A stretch of DNA of 63,596 nucleotides, filler included, from Sphacelaria rigidula (taxonomy: Eukaryota), in assembly GCA_964200075.2 (NCBI GenBank). It is 7 parts of 7 records of this genome, joined end to end, with 100 filler letters (N's around TTAATTAATTAA, not from the genome) between each part and the next. Parts side by side here need not be neighbours in the genome. Positions count along the whole stretch, not along the records: positions 18,201 to 27,200 come from CAXNAA020009553.1; positions 27,301 to 36,299 come from CAXNAA020009554.1; positions 36,400 to 45,398 come from CAXNAA020009555.1; 4 more parts are not named here. The stretch is one strand, 5' to 3'. A program made the position numbers and the translations under genes. Below are positions 25,421-36,907 of the stretch, piece after piece (within the stretch, counting starts at the first letter, position 1; each line of letters starts with the position of its first letter). Below the pieces are notes generated by a model. The model did no database searches. It was not told the DNA's origin and saw nothing but the letters and a program-made list of their open reading frames with translations.

Positions 25421-26609
25421 GACCACGTACCGCACGTTCCTCAAACTGGGAATGTGTACATTCCCAAGTAGTTTCGCACGAATCATGAGCTCAAAACAAG
25501 TACAAATCACAATTTCGTACACGAACCTTACGATTGATTCGTGCAAATCTCGACAGGAATCCATGTCTTTTGTTCATTTCATTCATGTATGTTTTGTTTC
25601 TCTCTCGGTTTCTTTTTCGGTTTAATCCTTTTATTCTCATTCTTCGCCTTCTCCCTTTCTCGAGTTTCTTCCAACAAGATCCCCATTGTGTTCACCTTCA
25701 GCGCGTCTATCATGTGACAAACCATGGTTGAGTCCTTCGGGGTTCAGTCAAGGTGCGGCATTCAAACAACCAACCGGAGTTGAGCGATCGACAAGCCAAC
25801 CGGTCGTCAGGGGTCCTACGAGTACACACAAGCTCCAGGTCTTGGTTATTTCATCATTTTGCTTGATAGAACAATCCTGGTCGGTCTGGTAAACAATGGC
25901 CCAGGCTCAGCTTTCGTTATTTCCAGTATTTTATCGCGCTACAGCCGAAAAAAAAAACCCAATCAATCAAAGCACGGATGATCATAACCCGTCACAAGAG
26001 GGTATTTCACCCCGCATTGCCCCGTAAACACAAAATTTGGCGGGATAACGTTTTTGTGAACGGCCTGTTTCTTGGTCCTCCAATGTCGACCGATTCCGGA
26101 ACATTCCGGTCGAAAACAAAATCGGTCTGGGAAAACTTCTCAAGCAAGCGAATTGATTTATCTGCATGAGTGATGACTGCTCGCACTGCGTATTACCGTC
26201 TATCCAGCGCGTTCGTGGCATAAGCAACACTTGAGCGGCGGTACGTGAAGTATTCCCCCTCCTTATCGAGGAACAACATTCCCGCAGTTTTCACGGTAGA
26301 ATTGACATCTTTGATGACGATGCGGCAAGTATTATAAACATTATTCCTCATCTCATCGAGCCATTAGCTACTCTTGTTATCGTATTTGTTGACCTCACCT
26401 GAGGTAAAGTCACGGGTCCAGGCAGTCGTTCCTTGGGAGATCCTCCTCCTCCGCCGCTCCCCGAGGCGGAGGCGGAGGCCCCGGCCGTATCAACATTAGC
26501 TGGCGCGTCCTGACCTCCATCCGGTTGCGAGGATGTGACTGTGCTGTGAAGGAGTCTTGCATGCTCCTCTTCCTTCTTGATCTATCCGGAATAGAACGCA
26601 ACACATGTG

Positions 26610-26866
26610 CACACGTCGGACAGCTCATGAGCTACCTAAATATTACTTCTTATTAGTGTACTGATCCGGATCACGAGCTAGCTCATGTGATCGCTTTTTT
26701 CATATTTTCTCCCTACAGCGCTGGACACCGAGCACGCGGAGAAGCGCAAAGGTAGCGCTTTGGCTCCTCGGGCCCTGCTGTCACGTAATTTGTGTTTTTG
26801 GATCAGCAATCTGAGAGTCCCCTTCGATTTGTTATTTTCGGTAGCTCATGAGCTGTCCGACGTGTG
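26610..26866. mobile_element. 257-bp hAT-like MITE, same TIR family as 20498-22042
   Basis: Perfect 27-bp TIR CACACGTCGGACAGCTCATGAGCTACC; 8-bp flanks CACATGTG at 26602-26609 and 26867-26874. Confidence 0.88.
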
Positions 26867-27200
26867 CACATGTGCCTATCGATTGGGGCGGAGGGATTTT
26901 TGAACATGTTTTCTTTCATATTTTGTCTGTGTATTTTTTGTACAACCAGAAATGGTGGTACTTCCTCTGTCCCATAAGTAAAGTCCGTTATGTTTATACG
27001 AGCCCTTAACGGTGTCCGATTTGAGTTTCGATTCTTTTATTGCATTCGTTGGCGTTTTTTGAGCTATACACAACACTCTTTCCACAATGTGACAATGTGG
27101 GTGCTCAACGCGTGCAGTCTCACGATCGAGAAAAGGTAGGTCAGCCAAAAAATGGTGATTTTTCGCTCCTTTTCCCAGTAAGCATGGGGGATCCGGGAAC

Positions 27201-27300
27201 NNNNNNNNNNNNNNNNNNNNNNNNNNNNNNNNNNNNNNNNNNNNTTAATTAATTAANNNNNNNNNNNNNNNNNNNNNNNNNNNNNNNNNNNNNNNNNNNN
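27201..27300. other. Artificial contig linker
   Basis: N44-TTAATTAATTAA-N44. Confidence 0.99.
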
Positions 27301-29039
27301 GGGGATTCATTCATCACGAGTTAACTTATTATACTAAAACCAAGTCATTTCCTGACGAATCATTATTTGTCCTAACCGTGAAATCTAATGTACGGTGCTC
27401 GTCTCGAAAGGGGTGCGTAGTCAATGATCAAATGACCAAGGCAATCAACAAATGAATACCTCCCCGTGACCTCACGTTATCAAAAAGTGCCGACTCGAGT
27501 GAGGATGGTTTTTGGTCTCGCTGTTGCTATCCGACTTCAATGTCTCGGATAGAGAAAAGGACAGGGACATCAGTATGCCACAGAGATCGCGGTACCTCGC
27601 TTCCGCGAATCGTATCGGTGGAATGCGAGAATGTCATCGTGCATGTCTCGTGTTTGCGGTGGAGTTGTACATACATGCGCGCTTACTCGGCACCATCATG
27701 AGTGTGGCGCGCAGTAGGATCATGTGTGCATGTGGGCGAAAGACAATCCGTAAACAAGGTCGCGCAGCACCCTGGCTGACCTGTTTCCAAGATCCTCCAA
27801 ACATCCCCTCGTTTCCCACCTCGAGAGGCCAACACGTTCATCTGGGAGTCTGTTGGCGAAGCTGCTGCTTCCTGGTCTGTAGCAGCTGGAAGAGTTGCCC
27901 CATGTAGTTATTTGGCGTGCACCTCCTTTTGTCCATGCAGAATTCACCGCAACAATGGGACGCCGCCCGGTTTCTTAGGGAGAAAGCTATACACATGTTC
28001 CATGTGTAGACGCTCAAGAGGAATGAAAATATATTGGGATACAACATGCATCGGCAAACGTTTTACTTGCATCCAACAACGTACAGCGCGGCTATGTTTG
28101 AAGACGATCTTTCCCCCAATGCTTCACACCGAAGCATTCAAAAAGGATTGTCTGTGGTCGTTGTGCGGGTGTGCATGTGAACACTCAACACCATGTTTGA
28201 TGCTCAAGGTCCACATATATTGATCGTGTTATCATGTCATGTGCAAACCGCCACGGAGGTGCTTCGTACATTATAACACAGCAACGTTAGCATGCATTTC
28301 CCTCAACGATCCAAGTGATGAGAGGGGAATATTCATCACTGCAGAAGAAAAATAACCCGCACCCAAGACCCAAAACACGAAAACCTAGTACGAAAATAGC
28401 AGAACACAACACCAGTAACTCAACGTACAACGTTGTCTACTGTATCGAGTATTGGTTCTTACGCCACAACTGGCTGCTGCATGTAGGCATACGCCGTACC
28501 ACCTTTGAAACAACAAGCATATCAAGAACCGTCACAACAGCACCCCCCGTCCGAACCCGAAGTCCCATGGCACTGATTATTTTGGGCAAAAGACCGTGTG
28601 GAAATATGATGTAAAAATAGCAACACAACCACCGGCACACGACAAAATGTTGCAGGACGTATTTTTGTATGTATATATATATATATATACACAGCTTGTA
28701 TGCAGCACAGGCATCGTGAAAATAAAAATCGCCGCGTCTTCACAATACCGTGCACACTTTCTTTCATCCCGATCTCTCTTCGGATCTTCCAATCCCATGA
28801 CCTTCTGTCATATGTCGTACCAAAACGTTCAACGATACCAACACCCAACAAAGTACGTGAACACCGCATCAAACACATTCACTAGTGGAGAGCATGTTCT
28901 ACACCCTTCTGAGGTTTCCTCAACACCCACCCTCTTCACACAACATCCACAAGCGGCTTCACGTGACACAAGAGAGCTTGTTAGCCACCTGACTCTGATC
29001 TCAGGGGAAAACTTCTCGCATCATATACGATGGATAAGA

Positions 29040-29365
29040 AAAAACTTGCGTGTGCTCCACATGACATTCGCGGACGTTTACACCCATCACCTAGTGCTTC
29101 CATCAGTTCTTGAACTGTACGAGCTAAACAGTGTGCACACCACCACAACAAAGAGCGACATCGATAAATCATGGAAAAATACAACCACCTGTTCATAAAA
29201 AAAGTGATGTGTGTGCTATACACGATATTCACGGACGTTTCTACCCATCACCTAGTGCTTGTATCAATTCTTGAGTCGTACGAGCTAAGAGTCTACACAC
29301 CACAGCAACAACGATCAACATCGATGATCATGGAGAAAAAACCTGTTCATAAAAAAAGTGACGCA
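29040..29365. repeat. Diverged ~160-bp tandem duplication
   Basis: GGACGTTT..ACCCATCACCTAGTGCTT...CCTGTTCATAAAAAAAGTGA occurs twice. Confidence 0.8.
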
Positions 29366-29624
29366 TTCGTAAATGTTATGCTTCATGGGAAAGCGACGAA
29401 CCACGAATAAACGGCGCCGTACATAACCACAAGGGCCACATCTTTCATCGCGCACCGATTGTATTGTGCAATGGTGCAACGATGAAAGTCGACCTGGAGT
29501 GGGGAATCCGAAACAACGCAACGAGACACGCAGACTTTGTACTGATGATCGAAAAGTACACACAAGTGAAAACCAACTATATAGCGTGCAATATAGCACA
29601 TGGACAGCGACAAACTCGCAAGAG

Positions 29625-29930
29625 CCACTCCACCGGGGTAATGATGTATCAGCCTCCAAGACAGGATACAAGAATAGATAGCCTTACGCAAGACCTCAAA
29701 GTCAACTTGGATTCACAAAACAGAGTAGCACACCTCACCCGGAAAAAAAATGTATCTGCCTGCAAGACAGGGTACATGAGTAGATAGCCTCACGCAAAAC
29801 CCAAAAGTAAACTCGGATTCAGAACACACTCCAGCACATCTCACCCGGGAAAAACATGTATCTGCCTCCAAGACAGGGTGCATGAATAGATAGCCTCACG
29901 CAAAACGTACGTGTCAACTCGAATTCAATA
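29625..29930. repeat. Diverged ~110-bp tandem triplication
   Basis: ATGTATC.GCCT.CAAGACAGG...TAGATAGCCT.ACGCAA three times. Confidence 0.8.
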
Positions 29931-31123
29931 CACAACAAATTAGTATGAATTCGACTTTAAACTATCAAGAGCACCGACTTGATCGCCAATTTCCGATCTT
30001 TCAGCAGTCGTACCACTCAGAAACGATGAGTACGGGAGTGGCGACGACGCACAAAAAAGCTGTAAGAATTCACTTCTGCAGAACCGGCTCCTTCCTTTTG
30101 ACCTAATGCCGGGCTTTCTCTCGGCGACCTTCGCACTAACAGTCACCATTATACCGTGCCTGAACCCCGCAGAAAAAAAAAGAGAGGTTTTTCTCGATTT
30201 TCCAAACGCTCCTCCCCCCCTCCTGCCCCCCAAGAACATCATGTCAAGTAGGCTACTTGCTTCAGGCTCGCGTCTTTGATCCTACCGTAGCCGCCCACCA
30301 TTTCGTTTTTCAGCGGGGTTCCATGATTTGTGACGGACGCACAAAGTACACGTACATCACCGACAGCCAGCACACAAAAATCACGCACGTGTATCTGTTG
30401 ACAAATCTATACGGTGGTACGGGTGGGGTACAACACGTGCGCAAGGCAACACGCGGGAGACGGGGACGGGAGGGTGTCGAGAACGTCATGTTATCGATCG
30501 GCGCCCGAGCAAAATATCATATAAAGCTAAACATTATACATATCGCGATCCAGAAACTCAAGTTCTTTTTTGTGTGCCAAAAACTACATCGTGTGTTGCA
30601 AAGTATACACCACAAATTCATCCAGCTAGAGACACCTGCCAGGCTGGAAGACAGCACCCAACTAGTTTATGAAGTATTCGCCATTGAAATCATCCACGCT
30701 GCTGAACTCTAAAATCCACCACACGAGTTTGTAAACATACACACAACACATACATGAAGCCAAAGAGAGAACAAAATGCGAATGCAAAACTCAGAGTAAA
30801 AACAGACCCAACCGCTCCCAAACGTTGCACTTCCAACCTGCTTTCCGTATTTCACGGTGAGAGTGTATGCATGGAGCACTTACAGGTACGTGTCCAGCTA
30901 CAGTGCGCCGCAACTTAATCGAAAACAATACTCAGACTTCATCGGGAACATTTATTACCGCAACAAAAAGTAGATTAGAAGACAATGAACGTGAATCTCA
31001 ATCCTCAGAGGCATGTCACATACAAAGCAAGAAACGTTGGAACCATTGCGGATGCCATGTTACAAGCCCTCCCTTCTTTCCCTCCTCCCTTCCTCCCGAC
31101 CCTGAGCCCCTCGTTATCACTCT

Positions 31124-31783
31124 TCAAGATATGACGCACCCTTTGCCATTGCCGCTGCAGGTGGCCGTCGCTACCGAGTCTTCCGGGTCCGTGGCGTAGG
31201 GGTCATTGGGTAAAGTCTCCAGCTTCCTGTCGGTCGCGCCCTTATCAGCGCCAGCGGCGGCGTCGGCGGGATTCTTCGCGGCAACATCGTCAGCATCTCC
31301 TCCAACGGCAGCCGCACGCTGCCTCTTCTGCTCGAGATCGCTCTTCTCTGAGGCGGCAAGCTCGTCGACAAAATTCAAGGCAGCCGTCGCTGCTGCCGCC
31401 GCTGCCGCCGCCGTCGTAGCAGGATCAAGATCCGCCGCATCCAACGCCGCAGCCGAATCTTGCCGTCCGATGGGGATCACAGCTGCCGCCGGCGAGGTCG
31501 GCATCTCCCCGGCAGCCGAGTCGCCACAGGCATGATCACTGTCTGCACGATGGGATTCTGGGAATGGGATGGCCCCGGAGCTGGTCAAAGTTGTTGCATC
31601 TTGTTCCTTCATCGTTTCGTCGCTCACGACTCCTTTGCCTACGGTGGCGACCGGTGCGGCGATGGCGGGTAAGCTGCGCGGTAGGGCAGTTCCCTCCTCG
31701 ACAGTGGAGACAACAGCCCCAGTGCTTCCTGCCTCCGGCGCATCCTTGGTGCTCTTGACGGCTCTTCCCTCGACGGGCACCTC
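31124..31783 (-). CDS. Terminal exon of a large acidic Ala/Glu/Val-rich protein; ends TCSGNGKGCVIS* (CaaX)
   Basis: CACAG|GAG acceptor at 31784, phase 0, open to TGA at 31124-31126. Confidence 0.85.
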   Translation of the reverse strand, partial: EVPVEGRAVKSTKDAPEAGSTGAVVSTVEEGTALPRSLPAIAAPVATVGKGVVSDETMKEQDATTLTSSGAIPFPESHRADSDHACGDSAAGEMPTSPAAAVIPIGRQDSAAALDAADLDPATTAAAAAAAATAALNFVDELAASEKSDLEQKRQRAAAVGGDADDVAAKNPADAAAGADKGATDRKLETLPNDPYATDPEDSVATATCSGNGKGCVIS

Positions 31784-32059
31784 CTGTGATTTTGAATTGC
31801 AGTTGGGCATGGGAACCGCGACGCATCCAAATTAGGCACTGTGTCGACGACTCAACGGCGAGAAGCCGTCCATATCTGCGAAAACCAGGACAACTCACCG
31901 AACCTTCCGTGCAGAGTAGCTGAATCAGGTCTTCCTGCTCGAATGAATCCCACGGAAATGCTGCACCGATCACCAAGAGCTCCGGTATGAACTATTTGGG
32001 TGCATCACATTATGCTGGAACTTGCAGGTGTGAAAACACGGTCAGTACGCAAGCCTCAC

Positions 32060-32995
32060 CTCTTCGATCTGACTTTCGTCACCCGATGCAGGCACCAACT
32101 CTTTCTCGGCAACAGGAATTGGGCTCCTATCTTCATCCGTCGCTGCGACCGCCGTGGCTGGAGTTTCCATCAAAGCTGTCACCGCCTCGATTGCATTTTC
32201 AACAACTGATGTCGCTGCATAACGCTTGGGGATGACATCCTCCGCGCTCACGAGGACGGGATTGTCGCCCGCAACAACTTCCGTTCCAGTCTCGTCCGCC
32301 GCTACCGCCGATGATACAGCTGCGTCGACGACGACTCTGTCCGGTTCTTCGAATTCTGCCGGCGCTGCATCAGCAACGACGGCTCCGACCTCGCCCGGGA
32401 TTACTGGGGCCGCCGGTGTCTCCACCGACTCGACCAGTTTGTCGGGCGTTTCTGCCACAACCTGGGTCGCCTCCTCCACAGCTGCTTTAAATGTGATGTC
32501 CTTGGAAATCATGGCATCATCCACTCTCGCGGGGACAGGCGCGTCGGCGACAGCGACTTCGTCTTCAACCTCGATCGTAGGTGCCGCTGGTGCCTTCACC
32601 GCGTCGGCGACTACCTCAGCCACCTCCTGCGCAGCACCTCCAGCTGCGGTGTCGTTGGGGGTCACGGTGTCATCCACGTCGGCGGGTACGGGCGTGTCAG
32701 CAGCCGAAACTTCGGGTTCAACCTCAATAGCCGGTGTCTCCGCCGACTCGGCGACCACCTCGGCCTCCTCTGCAGCTGCCTCAGCTGCGGTGTCCTTGGG
32801 AGTCATGGTGTCATTCACGCCCGAGGAAGCGGGCTCAGCGCCGGCGGTCGATACTTCGATTTTTTCATCGACGGTCGTGACCACCCATGTATCGCCAGTT
32901 TCGGCTTCCACCTTCTCCACCTCTGCAGTGTCCACCACCACCGGAATTTCCTCGGCGCTCTGCACAACCGCCTCCCGTACATCGGTGACGGAAAC
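32060..32995 (-). CDS. Penultimate exon (936 bp) of the acidic Ala/Glu/Val-rich protein
   Basis: AATAG|GTT acceptor, GAG|GTGAGG donor, phase 0-0, VSVTDVREAVVQSAEE...QIEE. Confidence 0.88.
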
Positions 32996-33024
32996 CTATT
33001 ATGCCGGCAGTCAAGGCAAATGGC

Positions 33025-34026
33025 ACAGGAGGGTAGAGATGGTTCTGTGATTTCTGTAACGCTTTCATACAGTTGACCAACAGTTCTGTAACTTCCATGC
33101 AGGACTTTCATACCCCTGCCCGATTGGTCTGTGACTTCTGTAAGATCTTCATGCCAGTACAGGACATTTCTGTGAGTTCTGTAAACTTCTCATATCCTCA
33201 CCCGATAGTTCTTCCAAGTTCAGTACAAAATGTTTACCCTTATCAAGGGCTCGGGCATCGCCTTATAGCAATCCTAAAAATACCTTACCCGGTTGCGGGT
33301 TCGGTTTTCGGTGTTGTGTGTGTGTGTTGTCCCATTTATTCTGTACGCCGATTTACACCTTTCGGTATATGTGGGCGCACCAGCCGGGGTTACAGACCAG
33401 GAAGGCCTACACAGGAGTTTTTTTTTTTAGTTCTCCACCATCCTTCGGCGGTGCTTGCCTTTATTTTTTATCGCGAGAGGGGTTCAGCAGTCCGTTTTCA
33501 TCGTCGGCCGTTCAGTCGAATTTTGGATTTTGTGTACCCACGACATAGTCGCTCTCCACTGTTGGGTGTTGGGTGAGAAAAAAATCCCGGATCGCTCCGA
33601 GATTCGAACCCACGACCCGACCGTGGGAAGGTTTCAAGGTTACCAAGTGAGCCACGGGGGCGACCGGCTAGTGCAATACTCATATCCTACCCGACAAGTG
33701 AGGTAGTGTCTACAAGCCTCCCATACCCTACCCGACAGGTTCTGTAACATCTGTAAGATTTTCATGCTGGTACCCGATAGCTCTGACGTAGCACGGGTAC
33801 TCGTAAACCGAGAACGATCGCCGAAGGAATCTTGACGAAGGGGGAAATAAATATGGAGGACAAAGGTAGACTAGAAAACGATTACCAGAAAAACTAAAAT
33901 CTTCACCTGGAAATTGACCAAACGCTTCTCTACTGCTGTCCATGAATGCTTCACGAATAGCTGAGCCAAGACGGATACCATACACTTGCCAACGACACCA
34001 GGTGTACATCTCGAAGACCTCCTAGA
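33025..34026. repeat. Intronic repeat element with TTCTGT(A/G)A-rich internal units and loose inverted ends; hosts a SINE
   Basis: ACAGGAGGGTAGAGATG at left versus reverse complement CTAGGAGGTCTTCGAGATG at right; TTCTGTAA/TACCC units on both sides of the SINE. Confidence 0.4.
33316..33668 (-). mobile_element. tRNA-derived SINE, near full length
   Basis: Minus strand: GCCGGTCGCCCCCGTGGCTCACTTGG (A box), GGTTCGAATCT (B box), (CA)n-like tail; body shared with 57359-57590. Confidence 0.82.
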
Positions 34027-34083
34027 ACTCTAGTAGGACATGTTGCTGAAACCCATCATTTCGGCTTCTTGTGGAGGGCTCAC

Positions 34084-36299
34084 CTTCTCGATGGCACTGA
34101 GTTCGACTTCGACAGGGACAGAATTATCTTCTTCCGGCGCCGCCGACGTTGCCACCACGTCAGCCACGTCTCTAGTGGTGTCTTCGTCATCAGCCGTCGC
34201 TGAAACTTTGTTCTTAGCAACGGCAGTATCAGCTGCATCAACGACGACGACTGCGGCATCGCTCGCCGTCTCCACCGTCGGGGCCGCCGGTGTCTCTGCC
34301 GCCTCGGCCTCCGCCTCCGCTTCTCTCTCAACGCCTGCTTCAGCGGCCCGCTCTCTTACATCCGCTGTGTCTTCCACAACCCGAGCTTCGGCATCACCCG
34401 ATGCCTCCACGACCGGAGTCGCCCGTGTCTCCACCGTCTCCGCCACTACTTCTCCTTCCTGCTCCACCGCCAACTCAGCCGCTGGGTTCTCCGCGGTCAC
34501 GGCATCTCCAGCAACTGCGAGGACGGGATCATCGGCACCAACAGCGTCGGCGTCGGCTGCCGCCTCTACCGCCGGAGTCTCGCCTTCCTCAGTCGCTGCT
34601 TCCGCTGCCTTCTCCACAGTCATCTCAGCGGCCGTGTCCTCTTCGGTAACGCTTGCCTCCACAGCGGCAGAAACAGCCGGATCAGCAACGACAGACTCCG
34701 CGTTGGCTGTCACCTCTATCGTCGGGGCCACCGCTGTCTCCGCCGGTTCCGTCACCACCACCACTGCTTCTTTCACAACTGCTTCAGCTGCAGGCTCCTC
34801 ATTGCTCACGGTACCCCCCACAGGCGGAGCTTCGTTGTCGGCTGCCACCTCACGTGCCGCAACCAACGGTATCTCCCCTACCGCGGATTCCTCCACCGCC
34901 TCACCTGCCCCAGACACCGGTGTCTCCACAGGCGCGGATTCCTCCGCCGCCTCAGCAGCGATGTCTGTGACAACCGCAGCGATGGCTGCACCAGTGTCGT
35001 CGACTGCGGCGTCGTTCGCCGACTCCGCCGTCGGGGCTGCCCGTGTCTCCACCGCTACGGCGTCCACCTCCCGTGCCTTCTCTTTGCTTGCGTCATGTGC
35101 GACCTCCTCGTCCATCACCGTGCCCTCCGAGATCAGAGTTGCCCGTGTCTCTACCGTCCCGCTGATTACTCCTCCTACCTCTTCCACCCCCACGTCCGCC
35201 GCGGGGTCACCCACGGTCGCGGCAACTGCGGGGACGGGCTCGTCAACAACAACGGCTTCGCCGTCGCCGGCCGCCTCTGCCACCGGTATCTCGACACCCT
35301 CGGTCGCCACTTTCCCTGCCTCCGCCACGGCCACCTCAGCGGCCATGTCATCGCTCACCCTTGCTTCCAGAGAGGAGGCAACAGACGCATCCGCAACGAC
35401 ACCTCTGTCGTCGCCTGTCGCCTCCACCGTCGGGGCCGCTGCTCTGTCCGCTGCTTCTGTTATCGCCTCCACTACTTCCTCCTCCACTACGACGGCGGCG
35501 GGCTCCTCCACGGTCACGGAGTCCACAACAGCGGGAGCGTCGGCGTCGGCTGCCGCATCACCTGCCGCAGACACCGGTGTCTCCACCGCGAGGGCTTCCT
35601 CCGCTGCCGCATCAGCACCGGTGTCTTCGGCAACCTCAGCGACCGATGCATCAGCGTCGAATACTGCGGCGTCGCTAGTCGCCTCCGCCGTCGAGGCCGC
35701 CGGTGTCTCCAACGCCGCCACCGCTACCTCCACCTCCGCTGCCTTCTCCGCGCCTGCTTCAGCAGCAGCCTCCTCTACAACCGCTGGTTCCTCCACACCC
35801 GGAGCTTCTGCATCACCCGACGCTCCCACGACCGGAGTCGTCCGGATCTCTACCGCCTCGGCCACGACTTCGACCACCCCCTCCACCGCCACGTCCGCCG
35901 CGGGGTCACCGACGGTCGCAGCGACTGCGGGGACGGGCTCGTCGACAACAACAGCTTCGCCGTTGCCGGCCGCCTCTGCCGCTAATGTCTCGACACCCTC
36001 GCCCGCCGCTGCCTCCGCCACGGCCACATCATCGCCTGCGCTTGCTTCCAGAGAGGAGGCACCAGACGCATCCGCAACGACACCTCTGTCGTCGCCTGTC
36101 GCCTCCACCGTCGGGGCCGCTGCTGTTTCCGCCGCGTCCGTCATCGCCTCAACTACTTCTTCCACGACTGCGTCGGCAGCGGGCTCCTCCACGGTCACGG
36201 AGTCCACAACAGCGGGAGCGTCGGCGTCGGCTGCCGCATCACCTGCCGCAGACACCGGTGTCTCCACCGCGGGAGCTTCCTCCACTGCCGCATCAGCAC
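34084..36299 (-). CDS. Large exon (>2.2 kb, 5' cut by contig end) of the acidic repeat protein; ~220-227 aa internal repeats
   Basis: Open frame; AAG|GTGAGC donor at 34083; VETPVS repeat anchors at 36251, 35570 and 34913. Confidence 0.9.
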
Positions 36300-36399
36300 N
36301 NNNNNNNNNNNNNNNNNNNNNNNNNNNNNNNNNNNNNNNNNNNTTAATTAATTAANNNNNNNNNNNNNNNNNNNNNNNNNNNNNNNNNNNNNNNNNNNN
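36300..36399. other. Artificial contig linker
   Basis: N44-TTAATTAATTAA-N44. Confidence 0.99.
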
Positions 36400-36907
36400 C
36401 AAATCCCATCTGAGGGGGAGGGGGCCAGCGCTTTCCGTCGCTGCATCAGATCCCGTTCGGGACCGTCAGCAGGGATATTCAAACTACAGCTGCCGCAGCT
36501 TTTAAATTTAAAAGAAACGGCTCGAACGTTTCAAGCGCGTTGCACTACAACAGTAGTGTTGTTCAACAGCCCCACCGCGAAACCGGTTCTCAACACAGCC
36601 ACGGCGGAGGTGGCCATACAAGGCGTGATAGCTGGTTCAGACCGGATGAAGCGCCTCGCATGGGCACTACTGGCGAAACAACTCCAGGCGTGGAACTAAC
36701 CCTTACCCCCGTTGTGTGTGTCTGCAGCTTTATTGTGGGACACCCATTTGATCCAACTGACCACTGTACTGTAGTGATGCTGTACTCTGGTGATGGCATA
36801 TCTCAGCAGGCTGCTGAATGATGCTGCGTTTCAAAGATCGTTGGCGTCTGCCGCCGCATTGGATCGTTTCGCTGACGGCGGTCGTCGCCGGCGCAACAGC
36901 ATGAAAT

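Noticed and set aside
33590-33668. tRNA gene (also 9910-9990 and 56440-56521)
   Set aside because: A/B boxes are present but there is no convincing cloverleaf. The 33590-33668 head is attached to a body repeated elsewhere, so these are called SINE heads.
34040-36355. 771-aa Ser/Ala/Thr-rich plus-strand ORF (also 32226-33050 and 31206-31535)
   Set aside because: Antisense shadow of the minus-strand acidic gene. Splice sites and phase continuity support only the minus strand.
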